From Bacillus subtilis subsp. subtilis str. 168 (GTDB lineage Bacteria > Bacillota > Bacilli > Bacillales > Bacillaceae): 64,000 nt of DNA. Within the stretch, counting starts at the first letter, position 1; every line of letters starts with the position of its first letter. The notes under the pieces are model-generated. The model ran no database searches, had not been told where the DNA came from, and saw only the letters and a program-made list of their open reading frames with translations. Shown piece by piece: positions 38,449 through 48,932 of this stretch. A program made the translations under genes and the position numbers. The stretch covers positions 2,666,001 to 2,730,000 of the forward strand of contig NC_000964.3 of the NCBI RefSeq assembly GCF_000009045.1, in the 5' to 3' direction.

Positions 38449-39130
38449 ATCGATATCCTCTTCCCCATTCAGTTTTTATATAAACCGGACGTGCCGGATC
38501 ATCCTCAATTTTGGAGCGCAGCTTCCGTATATGCACCATCACCGTATTGTTGGAACAGTAAAAGTAAGGCTGTCCCCACACACTCTCATATATATTTTGG
38601 GCAGAAAATATTTTGTTGCGTTTGTTCATCAGAAGTTTCAGGATACGATACTCCAGATCTGACAACTTGATTTGCTTCTCCTCTTTCCACACCTCATTAA
38701 ATTCTTCGCTCACTCTTAGTTTGCCCCCGATAAGAAATGTTTCTTCCTGTTCCTTCTTTTCCTGATAGATAGTATATCTGCGTAATTGAGCAATCACTCT
38801 AGCGTGAAGTTCCTCTTCCGAGAATGGTTTAGTCATATAATCATCGCCGCCGGCGAGTAATCCCTCAGTTTTATCGAGTGTACTCGATCTGGCCGTCAGA
38901 AACAGAATCGGGACGTTAGAGGATTTCCTGATGTGCTGACATGTTTCAATTCCCGAAATGCCTGGCATCATAATATCCAAAATAACCAAATCAAGCGAGT
39001 CATTCACAAGTTGCAATGCTCGCTTTCCATCCTTGGCTCTTAGCACCTCGTAACCTGCACGTGTAAGGGATTCCTCCAAAAGATCACCAATATCCTCATC
39101 ATCCTCTACGACTAATATTCGATAGGCCAT
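38435..39130 (-). CDS. yrkP: OmpR-family response regulator
   Basis: Receiver (VEDD, LDIMMP, LTA, KPF) plus winged helix (NTVMVHIRKLRSKIE, WGRGY). Confidence 0.94.
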   Translation of the reverse strand: MAYRILVVEDDEDIGDLLEESLTRAGYEVLRAKDGKRALQLVNDSLDLVILDIMMPGISGIETCQHIRKSSNVPILFLTARSSTLDKTEGLLAGGDDYMTKPFSEEELHARVIAQLRRYTIYQEKKEQEETFLIGGKLRVSEEFNEVWKEEKQIKLSDLEYRILKLLMNKRNKIFSAQNIYESVWGQPYFYCSNNTVMVHIRKLRSKIEDDPARPVYIKTEWGRGYRFGAS

Positions 39131-39222
39131 GTCTCTCTCACCTCATGATTCTTGTTGTTATTTCTCGTGTGTCCTTACTATATATCGTTCATAGTAATAA
39201 GTACGTTATAAGATACTACGTA

Positions 39223-39311
39223 AATCTTAACAATTTATGAAAGCTGATGCTCGCCACAAATTTGTCACATTTTCTAAAAAAAATGATGACTCTTCATAAA
39301 TTGTTAAGATT
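39223..39311. promoter_or_regulatory. Pair of inverted 19-bp boxes between divergent yrkP and yrkO
   Basis: AATCTTAACAATTTATGAA (39223-39241) and its exact reverse complement (39293-39311). Confidence 0.7.
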
Positions 39312-39397
39312 CGGTCTTTATATTTATCCATTGTAAGGCTCAAGTTTTTCAGATCCGCACTACACATTGCCGTGATAAATGGGAAAGGAGTATTGAT

Positions 39398-40615
39398 ATG
39401 ATTGTACAAAAAGAAGGACGCGGGCAACCGGTGAGTCTGCGGGAACGGGTTCATTTTCTGGACATCGTACGAGGATTTGCCTTGCTTGGCATTATTATTG
39501 TCAATTATTTTCTGATCGTAGATTCAGTAAAGGGATTCGAAATGGCCTCCGATGACGTACTGCATAAGCTGGTTTCCTGGTTTGCCGAAGGGAAATTCGT
39601 TACGTTATTCTCCTTCCTGTTCGGAGTCGGGTTTATGATCTTTATGGATCGAGCCGCGCAGAAGGTAGAGAGTCCCAACAAGCTGTTTGCCCGCAGGTTA
39701 TCTATCCTGTTGGGATTTGGCATTTTGCACATCACATTTGTTTGGGTCGGTGACATATTGGCCTTTTACGCCGTAAGTGGCTTCCTGTTACTCGCCTTCT
39801 ATAAACGCACGGCCAAAACGGTGCTTAGATGGATTATCGCACTTATCGTGTTTCAATTCCTGACTCCTGTTTTCACAATGTTGTACAATGTCATCAATAC
39901 TGCAGGGTCAAAAAACCCGAATTTTTCAGAGTTTACTTTGTTTAGCCACAGCAGCCTTACCTACATGGAATCCATCAGCACTCGGTGGACAGATATGGTC
40001 ACGATGGCTGCCGGCTCTTTCTCTATGATCTATTCCATGTTTCTCATGTTTCTGCTGGGCGTGTACTTTGTTAAGATGGAATTTTTCAAAGACATGGAAG
40101 CGAAAAAGCCTATATGGAAGCGTATCTGGATCATTAGCACAATCGCTTTTCTAATAACACAAAGCAGTATATTACTAGACATGTTTAATCTTTCTGAGAA
40201 TATGCTGTGGAAGGACATTTCCTCTGTCTTGGGTCAAAATGGCGGCTTAACCGGAAGTATGTTTTATATGAGCACTTTTGCAATGCTGTTTCTATACCTT
40301 CCTCAGCTGCGAGGCCCTATGATGATATTCACCAAAGTCGGACGGATGTCATTGACCTGTTATCTGCTTCACTCTATCATTGGAACAGTTCTGTTCCTCA
40401 GGTACGGATTCGGGCTTGCGGATCATATTCAATCCGCCGGCACGTTCATGTTCAGTCTGGCCGTGTACTTCGTTCTTATGAGCTTTAGTACATTGTGGTT
40501 GAAACGGTTTAGGTACGGTCCGATGGAATTAGTATGGCGCAAGCTGACGTACGGCAAAGTAAACGGGAGTCCCAAAGCAACTCCGCTGCATTCGGAAAAA
40601 TCTATTCAGAAATAA
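39398..40615 (+). CDS. yrkO: DUF418 integral membrane protein
   Basis: [29 protein letters not shown] and GPME motifs. Confidence 0.9.
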
Positions 40616-41126
40616 CCCCCTTGCACAGATTGCATGACTTCAAATTAGTGTTGTTGAATGAAGCGGGCATTAAACGGACAGATTTGATATATGGACTAGT
40701 TATTTTTATATCATTTAGGCTTCTTTGGGCTAATAAATCCACCAGAGTTTACTCAATGTGCATTGCTCATGATCGAATCTAAATTGAATCTTTTACGCAT
40801 GTTCATAGTCAAAGGCGCCTCATTCGACTATTTTTGTAACTTTTCGCAGGAAAAATTCGAGAATGATGACAAATCCCGCATACGACACTTAATACGGTAG
40901 TGAACAATAGTAAATTAGGGTTACATGCAGCTTGTTTTCCAATGAAACAAAGAAAAAGAATCATACAAAAAGACAGGAGAAAGCTTTTGAAGTATTTTAA
41001 CGCCAAATTTACCGCGGAAGAAAGAGCGATGGAATCACTTTTTTGTGAAAAGGCCTCGCAGAGCAGCTCGAATGTTTTACTGAACGACTGAACTCTATAT
41101 TTTAGCAACTGAGGGAGTGAACAATC

Positions 41127-41684
41127 ATGAAAACTAAAAATGAACCAAAAGTTATTCTGGAACTAGCAAAGGAATCTGATCTGCCAGAATTCCAAAAAAA
41201 ATTACAAGAAGCCTTTGCGATCGCCGTGATTGAAACGTTCGGTGATTGCGAAGATGGGCCGATTCCATCGGACAATGATGTTCAGGAGTCTTTCAATGCT
41301 CCCGGAGCAGTGGTATATCATATTCTTCAGGATGGTAAGAATGTCGGTGGTGCAGTAGTACGTATCAACAGCCAAACAAATCATAATTCGCTAGATTTAT
41401 TCTATGTATCTCCAGAATATCACAGCCAAGGGATTGGTCTTTCTGCTTGGAAAGCCATTGAAGCACAGTATCCGGATACTGTGCTTTGGGAAACCGTGAC
41501 ACCTTATTTCGAAAAGCGAAATATCAACTTCTATGTGAATAAGTGTGGATTTCATATCGTAGAGTTCTACAATGAACATCACTCTAATCCGCATATGCAT
41601 CGCAATGGACGTGAAGATGACAAGCCCCTACTGAATGATGATGACTTTTTCAGATTTGTAAAGATTATGAAAAAAAAGGACTAA
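41127..41684 (+). CDS. yrkN: GNAT-family acetyltransferase
   Basis: LFYVSPEYHSQGIG acetyl-CoA motif; NINFY..CGF. Confidence 0.88.
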   Translation: MKTKNEPKVILELAKESDLPEFQKKLQEAFAIAVIETFGDCEDGPIPSDNDVQESFNAPGAVVYHILQDGKNVGGAVVRINSQTNHNSLDLFYVSPEYHSQGIGLSAWKAIEAQYPDTVLWETVTPYFEKRNINFYVNKCGFHIVEFYNEHHSNPHMHRNGREDDKPLLNDDDFFRFVKIMKKKD

Positions 41685-42174
41685 ACAATTGAACACGGCG
41701 AGATGCCGCAGAGAGTTGCTGGTAACTTTTTTATATTTCATTATCAGAGGAAGGTAATAATGATGTTTAAAAGGTGTTTTGATCCCTGTCTCATAAACAG
41801 GGGTCAAAACACCTTTGAATCATCGGTTTCTTTTCTGACATATACCACGCCCACTAGTCCCTCAACATAGTAAAAACATATCATGAGTTACAAAAGCTTT
41901 TATTCAAAGCATATGTTTATTTTATTTATACTTATTTTCATCATTTTTCAGAATTCTGGACACAAATCGGGTACCTATTAGAGGCCAAGGAACTCTACAT
42001 TTCATTAAGAAATACGTACTCATTGCCCTGCTTTAATTAATTTTAAGCCCTCGCACTATGCCCCCCCCTGAATTAAGTATTTGATGTAACTTTGAAATTA
42101 AGTTTATGAAAATCTGTCACAAACCCTTATTTCATAACACATCATTTGTTTCAGCTTCCCTCGCGAATACCGGA

Positions 42175-42699
42175 TTAATGCTCGGCTTTAAGATAGTCAA
42201 CCAATCTCTCCGCACTGTTCTTAACATCTTCTTTTGAAAGATGAAGTGTCCCATATTGTGTAAACGCAGGAAGAAAACGCATTCCTATATAGTTAGCAGT
42301 GACTTGAAACGGTCTGATAAGCTCGCTGATCGTGATATTATATTCTCCGCCTGCTTGATAATCAGATTCCTGTGCGCCTAAGGAGATAGCTAAGAGTAGT
42401 TCTTTTCCATGCAATTTAGTTCCTCCAGTTCCATAAGCCCAGCCATGTGTTAACACATCATCTTCCCATTGTTTGAGTAACGCGGGACTGCTGTACCAAT
42501 ACATTGGGAACTGAAAAACGATACGCTCATGATCTAACAGGAGCTGCTGCTCTTTTTCTACATCAATGATAAAATTAGGGTATTCACCGTACAGGTCATG
42601 AACCGTAATGTCTTTCTCTTGCTTTAAACGATTCATCCAGGTTTTGTTGACAACAGACGTTTCCAAATTAGGATGTATAACGATAACTAATGTTTTCAT
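42175..42699 (-). CDS. yrkL: NAD(P)H oxidoreductase, flavodoxin-like fold (KefF/YabF family)
   Basis: VIHP, FQFPMYWYSSPALLKQWED motifs. Confidence 0.9.
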   Translation of the reverse strand: MKTLVIVIHPNLETSVVNKTWMNRLKQEKDITVHDLYGEYPNFIIDVEKEQQLLLDHERIVFQFPMYWYSSPALLKQWEDDVLTHGWAYGTGGTKLHGKELLLAISLGAQESDYQAGGEYNITISELIRPFQVTANYIGMRFLPAFTQYGTLHLSKEDVKNSAERLVDYLKAEH

Positions 42700-42942
42700 T
42701 AGACTGATTATCCTTTCTTTGCCAATTAGTTATTATTTTTTACGATAATGAATTGATTCTAATTTTAAAATAGCAACTTTATTTACACCTATTTTATCCT
42801 TTTTCATGAATTCAGGGCAACTAATTGGGCACCAAAATCAATGATGACTTAAGACATTGTTTTGTAGAAATCCGATATACAGAATAATCCATTATTTAGA
42901 AAATTTCTACCTTTTCCCTCAATCCTTACCAATTTAAACTCA

Positions 42943-43419
42943 TTAAGGAGATACTTTATCACCAACTTTAAATAATAATGGAATAAGTGCTAATAAAATA
43001 ATTCCTACAACCAACGTAGATATTATTAACTCCTTCCATACAATCAAATTCTTTAAAAACATTTGATAAATAACTAATGAGTTTACTGGAATGTTAAGCA
43101 ATAAGCCCGTAAGAAGTCCAGGTGCATACTTTTTCATTACAACAGTTGCGATAAGATGTGGAAAAATAGCGTTGATAACCATAGAACCTAGAAAGCCAAT
43201 GAAAATCCATTTTGCAATATCTGATTCTGGCATATATAAAAAACCAAATGCAGATAAATAAGCCAACATAGTTATAACAATGACAGCAAAATGAAATTCA
43301 TTTGAAGTTACTGGCTTTTGAAACTTTGAAGATTGTTGTGACCACTCAGGTAACCAAATAGCTTCCTCAATATTATGAAGTGTAATAGCAAAACAAAAAA
43401 ATGCTACGAAATAAACCAC
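42943..43419 (-). CDS. yrkK: HXXEE-domain membrane protein
   Basis: LHNIEE motif; YAPGLLTG. Confidence 0.85.
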   Translation of the reverse strand: MVYFVAFFCFAITLHNIEEAIWLPEWSQQSSKFQKPVTSNEFHFAVIVITMLAYLSAFGFLYMPESDIAKWIFIGFLGSMVINAIFPHLIATVVMKKYAPGLLTGLLLNIPVNSLVIYQMFLKNLIVWKELIISTLVVGIILLALIPLLFKVGDKVSP

Positions 43420-44001
43420 CTATCATTTCCTCCTCGGTGCCACAACCAATATGGTTTGGCAACATTATATTACATTTGAGGCTGATTGGATATGGTGTTA
43501 AAAGAGAGAAGAATCTGCCTTAGTAGTTGCTTCTTAATTATATGTGCAATAACGTGTTGTTACGTGGCATGTCATATTCAAATATAATAACTCTAAAGCA
43601 AACAAAGATACCTATATAGTTTGGCATCCTCTTTTTTAGTTCGAGTCCCTCTATTTATTTTGGGCACAAAATAGACATAATTTATATTGACTCATTATAC
43701 CCATCACATACCATACCCCTTAAACCAATCAGGATTAAAATGTTTTAAAAAAGGTGATCAAAGATTAAGTTATGGTCTCTTTTATTTTATGTATGCTGTC
43801 TTAATGCAAAACAACACTGGACACCACTAAGTCAAATGCATTTCATGGTACTATAGTCAAGACTTGTCCAAGTCACCATTATCAAAATGAATTTCATCAA
43901 ACACTTGAAACATTTATTGAACGCGGCCAAGTGTCATAACATTAATAAGAAACCAACGAGTGATGAATCTTTTAATCTTTCATTTTACCCGCTGGCTCAT
44001 A

Positions 44002-44787
44002 TCAAAGGAGCTCTAACCAAATTTTAATAGCTGTCGCACCTATTAATTGCGCTAAAACCCATTGCAGGAATTTTGTATTTACTTTTTGCCCAACTGATGC
44101 GCCAATAGGAGAAGCTATTAAACTAGTAATCATAAGAACCAGAGCTGGTACAAAAAGAACCTGGCCCGTGATTACTTTTCCAACTGTTGCGCCAATGGAT
44201 GAAAGAAATGTAATCGCAAGAGATGAAGCGACTGTGACTCTAACAGGAATATTTAAAATCGATAACATAATGGGGACTAGGATAAAGGCGCCGCCAGCTC
44301 CTAAAATACCTGATACGCCACCAATGATAAACGCTAAGGAAGAAGCCAACCATTTATTAAATATCACTTCCTTATCTTCGCTATGTTCTTGTCCTTTCTG
44401 TCCTTTTTTAGGTATAAACATTAAAATAACTGCTATAATAGCCAGAATTCCGTATATAAAGTTAATTCCTTTTTCAGATATATAATGAGAAAAGTAACTC
44501 CCCAATACACTCCCTAAAAGGATGCTGCTTCCCATGTAAATAATTAATGTTTTATTTATAAGACCACTCTTACGATAAGCCCAAACACCGCCGAGTGTCG
44601 CAAAAAAAACTTGAATAGCCCCTATCCCTGAAACTTCATGGGCAGTTAATGACATCACTCCCACTAAAGAAGGAATGTACAATAGCATTGGATAATTAAT
44701 AACTGCTCCGCCAATACCAATCATTCCGGAAATAAAGGCACCAATAAACCCTATAATGAAAAGAGTTGTGATAAAGGCAATATCCAT
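44002..44787 (-). CDS. yrkJ: TauE/SafE-family sulfite exporter
   Basis: Multi-TM; GMIGIGGA..P and [11 protein letters not shown] repeats. Confidence 0.9.
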
Positions 44788-44847
44788 TTTATTTGCCTCC
44801 TTTCATAGGAAAAGGGTATCTTTCTATTCGATACCCTTTCACATTCA

Positions 44848-45075
44848 TTAGCCTTTTTGAATCCAAAATTTCAATATATCGCCCTCGTCCGTTTGCTCTA
44901 AAAGGTCATGTCCGCCTGATTTAGACCAGGCTGTAAGATCATTTTTGGCTCCCTTATCTGTTGCATGCACTTCTAATATTTGACCTGATTCCAGTTCATT
45001 CATCGCTTTTTTTGTTCTGACAATTGGCATTGGGCATGCCAAGCCTTTTGCGTCTAATACTTTATCTGATTTCAT
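44848..45075 (-). CDS. yrkI: TusA-family sulfur carrier
   Basis: LDAKGLACPMP motif. Confidence 0.92.
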   Translation of the reverse strand: MKSDKVLDAKGLACPMPIVRTKKAMNELESGQILEVHATDKGAKNDLTAWSKSGGHDLLEQTDEGDILKFWIQKG

Positions 45076-45108
45076 GTTCTTCTCTCCTCTTTTTAGCAGA
45101 AACTTGTG

Positions 45109-46235
45109 TTACCGTATTGCACAGCGGTTTGGGCCAATCTCCATTTCACGCTGTTTTTCTTCATCTGGGCTGATTTTCCCCATGTTTGTTTCTCGAATCT
45201 CTTGGTATGCATTTGGTTGCGGAGGCAAATGATCTGTTACTAGGTGTCTAAATTCTGTTTCATCCGCAATGTTCAAACCATGGTTCTCGCTAAATAATGT
45301 ACTTAGTTGTTTACCAACACTTCCATTCTCATTTAGCTCGTCAATGATCATAAAGTGTGCCGGTAATACAATTAAATCCTTTGATAACGCTTTGTAACGG
45401 CTATAAAGCGTTTTTCTTAAATCTCCTACCCAATCTTCTGCCATACCGGCTAAGTCTGGTCTGCCGATTGAATCAATAAACAAGATATCACCTGAAAGAA
45501 GATACTGGTCATCGACAATGAAAGAAGTGGAGCCAATCGTGTGCCCCGGAGAATAAATCGGTTGAATTTTAATCGTTGTATTTCCAATAATAATGTCATT
45601 TCCTTCTTCCAACGGCTGATAATCGAATTCCACTTCTTCAGCATCTTTAGGCGGTAACCAGTAGGTTGCTTTTGTTTTTTCAGCAATGACTCTGCCGCCT
45701 GAAATATGGTCCGCGTGAAGATGTGTATCAAATACGTGAGTAATCGTTGCACCCTTCCCCTTCGCAAAATCTATAAAGAAATTCACCATACGTGTCGCAT
45801 CAATAATTGCTGCTTCACCATTGGAAATGACCATGTATGACAAGCAGCCTTTACCGATTCGAACAAACTGATACATCTCACCGCCATCTTTTAAATCCCC
45901 GACTTTTACCGGCTCTAAATGTTCGCTCCATGCTTTCATTCCACCCTTAAGGTAGGATACAGAATGACCTGCTTCAGAAAGCATTTCGGATACCATGACG
46001 GATGAACCTTCTTTTGCGCAAACGACCAGCACTTCTTTATCAGAAGGAATTTTCTCCAAGATATCTTCTACGCCATCTAAAAGATCAAAATAAGGAACAT
46101 TCAAATGGTCAAAGTCATGCCCTTCTATCTTCCAATCACTAAAATCATTTTCATTACGCACATCCAAAATAAATAAAGGTTCTTTGTTAAAGATTTTTTT
46201 GTCACTTCTTTTGGGGTCATTGCCTTTACGGTCAT
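45109..46235 (-). CDS. yrkH: Rhodanese plus metallo-beta-lactamase persulfide dioxygenase (CstB-like), frameshifted near its start
   Basis: HLHADH MBL motif, VCAKEGSS rhodanese loop; the SD-matched ATG 46235 is out of frame with the body because of an A7 run at 46194-46200. Confidence 0.85.
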
Positions 46236-46271
46236 GTTTCAATACCTCCTATATCAAATCTTTTAGCGGGA

Positions 46272-46556
46272 CTAAAACGTTAAGGATACATCAGCATCTT
46301 TCGTAAAACCAAAAAAGGTAACAGCCCCGCCTACTTCGATTCCTTCCATAAAATCATCTTTTGTTAAACCCATAACGTCCATCGTTATTTGACAACCAAA
46401 TCATGCAACTCCCATTTCAATCAGTTAAGAATAGAAGGCACATTTGCGTTCCTACAACCTTCTGCGACATGCTCTTTTCCTTGTCGCAATATTACAGACT
46501 TTATAAGCATCAAACAGACCGCTATTTGCCGCAATAATCGCTACTCTTGTACTCAT
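46272..46556 (-). pseudogene. Degraded DsrE/DsrF-like (peroxiredoxin-family) gene
   Basis: N-terminus MSTRVAIIAANSGLFDAYKVCNIAT and, in another frame, C-terminus GCQITMDVMGLTKDDFMEGIEVGGAVTFFGFTKDADVSLTF*, with stops and a missing middle. Confidence 0.75.
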
Positions 46557-46576
46557 CTGTTCATCATGCTTTTTAT

Positions 46577-47134
46577 TTATTCGGTTTTACCTGTCCAATC
46601 CCGCATACCCGGGACAACATTAATAACCTTTTTAAAACCTTGTTTTTTCATGGTGCGGGCCGCCATTTCACTCCTTCTTCCCGAATGGCAGATAATATAA
46701 ATTTCATCATTTTCGTTTAATTCGTTAGCGCGCTTTTCCACTTCACCAAGAGGGATATGCACAACTCCTGGGATATGAGCTTTTTCATATTCCTCTATCT
46801 CTCGAACATCTAAAATGTTAAGAGACTCGTCACTATCTACTTTCTGTTTGAAAGCTTCTAATGAAATCTCAGGAATTGAAGATGCATTTTCTGATGAATG
46901 CTCTCCTCCTTTTCGAAGAAAATGACGAAGTATTTCTCCCTCTGCTTCAGTACCCAGATATTCATGGCCTGTACTTTTTGCCCATGCTTCCAGATCTGCT
47001 GTAGAACCTTTATCTGTCGCATGAATTTCCAATACTTCACCAGCTTTTAAATCCTTCATTCTCTTCTTCGTTTTTACGATAGGCATTGGACACGCCAAAC
47101 CTTTAGCGTCTAGTACAATAGTTGCTTTCATCAT
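46577..47134 (-). CDS. yrkF: TusA-rhodanese fusion sulfurtransferase
   Basis: GLACPMP plus rhodanese ICHSGRRS active-site loop. Confidence 0.92.
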   Translation of the reverse strand: MMKATIVLDAKGLACPMPIVKTKKRMKDLKAGEVLEIHATDKGSTADLEAWAKSTGHEYLGTEAEGEILRHFLRKGGEHSSENASSIPEISLEAFKQKVDSDESLNILDVREIEEYEKAHIPGVVHIPLGEVEKRANELNENDEIYIICHSGRRSEMAARTMKKQGFKKVINVVPGMRDWTGKTE

Positions 47135-47319
47135 TTTTTCCTCCTTTTCTTATATAGGGGTGGGGGTATACAAATATACAAAAAGTTTCTCACTGTAAGT
47201 TAACACCATGTATTCATACCCCCTTTTATATTTGTGATGTTTTTAAATCCTTGTTTCTTCAATATTTTTACTTGCCTTTAAACTTCTCATTCCGCTTAGC
47301 AATGAGTAAATGAGTAACA

Positions 47320-47802
47320 TTAGATAAATAAGTTGACACTGCCTTCCTCAGCATCTGCCAAATAAGCTGCTACACCAGCATAGTCAATATCATCTAATAG
47401 TTCTTTTTCCTGTAAACCAAGAAGATCCATTGTCATCGTACAAGCTACGAGCTTTACCCCCTGTTCTTGAGCCATCTCAATCAACTGAGGTAAAGTAAGT
47501 ACATTATGCTTTTTCATCACATTTTTAATCATTTTAGGGCCCATACCTGCAAAGTTCATTTTAGATAAACCCATCTTATCAGCACCACGAGGCATCATCT
47601 TTCCAAACATTTTTTCAAGAAATCCTTTTTTCACTGGAATCAGCTCTTCTTTACGTAAAGCGTTAAATCCCCAAAAAGTATGGAAGATCGTCACTTCATG
47701 ATCGTAGGCAGCTGCACCATTTGCAATAATATAGGCTGCCATTGCTTTATCATAATCCCCGCTAAATAAAACAATTGTTGTGCGTTTTGTTTGTTCTGTC
47801 AT
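47320..47802 (-). CDS. yrkE: DsrE/DsrF/DrsH-like protein
   Basis: LFSGDYDKAMAA, FHTFWG and LVACTMTMDLLG motifs. Confidence 0.92.
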   Translation of the reverse strand: MTEQTKRTTIVLFSGDYDKAMAAYIIANGAAAYDHEVTIFHTFWGFNALRKEELIPVKKGFLEKMFGKMMPRGADKMGLSKMNFAGMGPKMIKNVMKKHNVLTLPQLIEMAQEQGVKLVACTMTMDLLGLQEKELLDDIDYAGVAAYLADAEEGSVNLFI

Positions 47803-47887
47803 GTTTATTCTCCTAACTAATTACCCCTGCGGGTATATTAAAGTCAAAAAATTTTTTCGAAAGATCTGCTTTTATTCAACTCTTTAA

Positions 47888-47930
47888 ATACCATAGGGGG
47901 TATAATATAACGCATATAAAAATTCGTCAA
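47888..47930 (-). promoter_or_regulatory. SigA promoter for yrkE with overlapping CstR-type operator
   Basis: TTGACG (47930-47925) - 17 bp - TATTAT (47907-47902); ATACCATAGGGGGTAT at 47888-47903. Confidence 0.7.
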
Positions 47931-47948
47931 CCTTAGGTTGATGAATTT

Positions 47949-48209
47949 TTATCGGCTCTTTACCAATAAGTCGACTGCTTCTTTTACTAAATTTTGTGTG
48001 TCTTCGCCTTTTTCTAAACTTTCACGAACACAATGTTCAAGGTTTGTGCTCACAATTAAACCCATCGCTCGATCGATCGCATTACGGGAAGCTGCTAATT
48101 GGGTCACAACCTCTCTACAATCTTTTCCTTGTTCCATCATAGTCAATACACCTTTAATTTGTCCTTCAATCCGTCGTAAGCGGTTTTTAATCTTTTGATC
48201 ATACTCCAT
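47949..48209 (-). CDS. yrkD: CsoR/RcnR-family repressor, CstR-type (Cys31, Cys60)
   Basis: RLRRIEGQIKG motif; C31 and C60 with Asn, not His, at position 56. Confidence 0.88.
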   Translation of the reverse strand: MEYDQKIKNRLRRIEGQIKGVLTMMEQGKDCREVVTQLAASRNAIDRAMGLIVSTNLEHCVRESLEKGEDTQNLVKEAVDLLVKSR

Positions 48210-48230
48210 ATATCAATGAAATCCTTTCTT

Positions 48231-48548
48231 TCATTTATTTTTACATTTACATGTTGCCAGTTCATAACTGTTTACATGGATACCTTTGCGCTTTAGAAAA
48301 CGCACTCCTAAATTTAATTCCACCCGGTCACGAGCTATTATGTGTATTTTATCACGTGGAATCTCTAAATAAAAACGTTTTAGATACGCATATGGGATGT
48401 TTAAAATAATATTATCCGAAAAATTGGCTACATCGTTATAATGACGAATATCTAATATTGTGATGTCCATAGCCTCTAATTTATCTTTATGGATACAAGA
48501 GATTCCGGTTATAGGATAATAACGTCTATACGTTGCAATGATAATCAC
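48231..48548 (-). CDS. Rhodanese-like small protein, start codon uncertain
   Basis: ILDIR...NIPYAYLKR rhodanese-like pattern; frame extends upstream through a hydrophobic stretch with no canonical start. Confidence 0.55.
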   Translation of the reverse strand: MIIIATYRRYYPITGISCIHKDKLEAMDITILDIRHYNDVANFSDNIILNIPYAYLKRFYLEIPRDKIHIIARDRVELNLGVRFLKRKGIHVNSYELATCKCKNK

Positions 48549-48628
48549 AAAAATAAGCAGGAATGCAATAACTAAATAATTGATACTATTTACACCACCT
48601 TATTAACTCTTTGTTTATTCACAAAACA

Positions 48629-48657
48629 ATAATATACCCCCATAGGTATATAGTCAA
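48629..48657 (-). promoter_or_regulatory. SigA promoter heading the yrkD cluster with CstR-type operator in its spacer
   Basis: TTGACT (48657-48652) - 17 bp - TATTAT (48634-48629); ATACCCCCATAGGTAT at 48634-48649. Confidence 0.75.
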
Positions 48658-48771
48658 GTGTGAAAGTTACTTTCTTTGAGCTGATAGATTCATTTCGATA
48701 TCCGCGGATTGAAAAAATACTTACATTCGATAATGCCAATTCTGCTAAAAGGAACTCGAATAAAGCAATAA

Positions 48772-48797
48772 GCCGATTTAATTTTAAATCGGCTTTA
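48772..48797. terminator. Hairpin downstream of yrkC
   Basis: AGCCGATTTAA/TTAAATCGGCT inverted repeat. Confidence 0.55.
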
Positions 48798-48932
48798 TTT
48801 ATCAATTACTTAAAATTAGCACAAGACACGCTGCTTGGATATTAAATGGGGTTTCATTAGCATGGTACTGGTTCCCCATGTTTCATGCTGGATGTGACTT
48901 TAATTATTCTAGAATTCTCCAGAATATCTGTG

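Noticed and set aside
40809-41108. ORFs upstream of yrkN on both strands
   Set aside because: No SD, no recognisable motif, and mutually overlapping.
43430-43990. 560-bp gap between yrkK and yrkJ with stop-riddled coding-like stretches and ATACCC half-sites
   Set aside because: No assignable family; half-sites lack the GGTAT partner.
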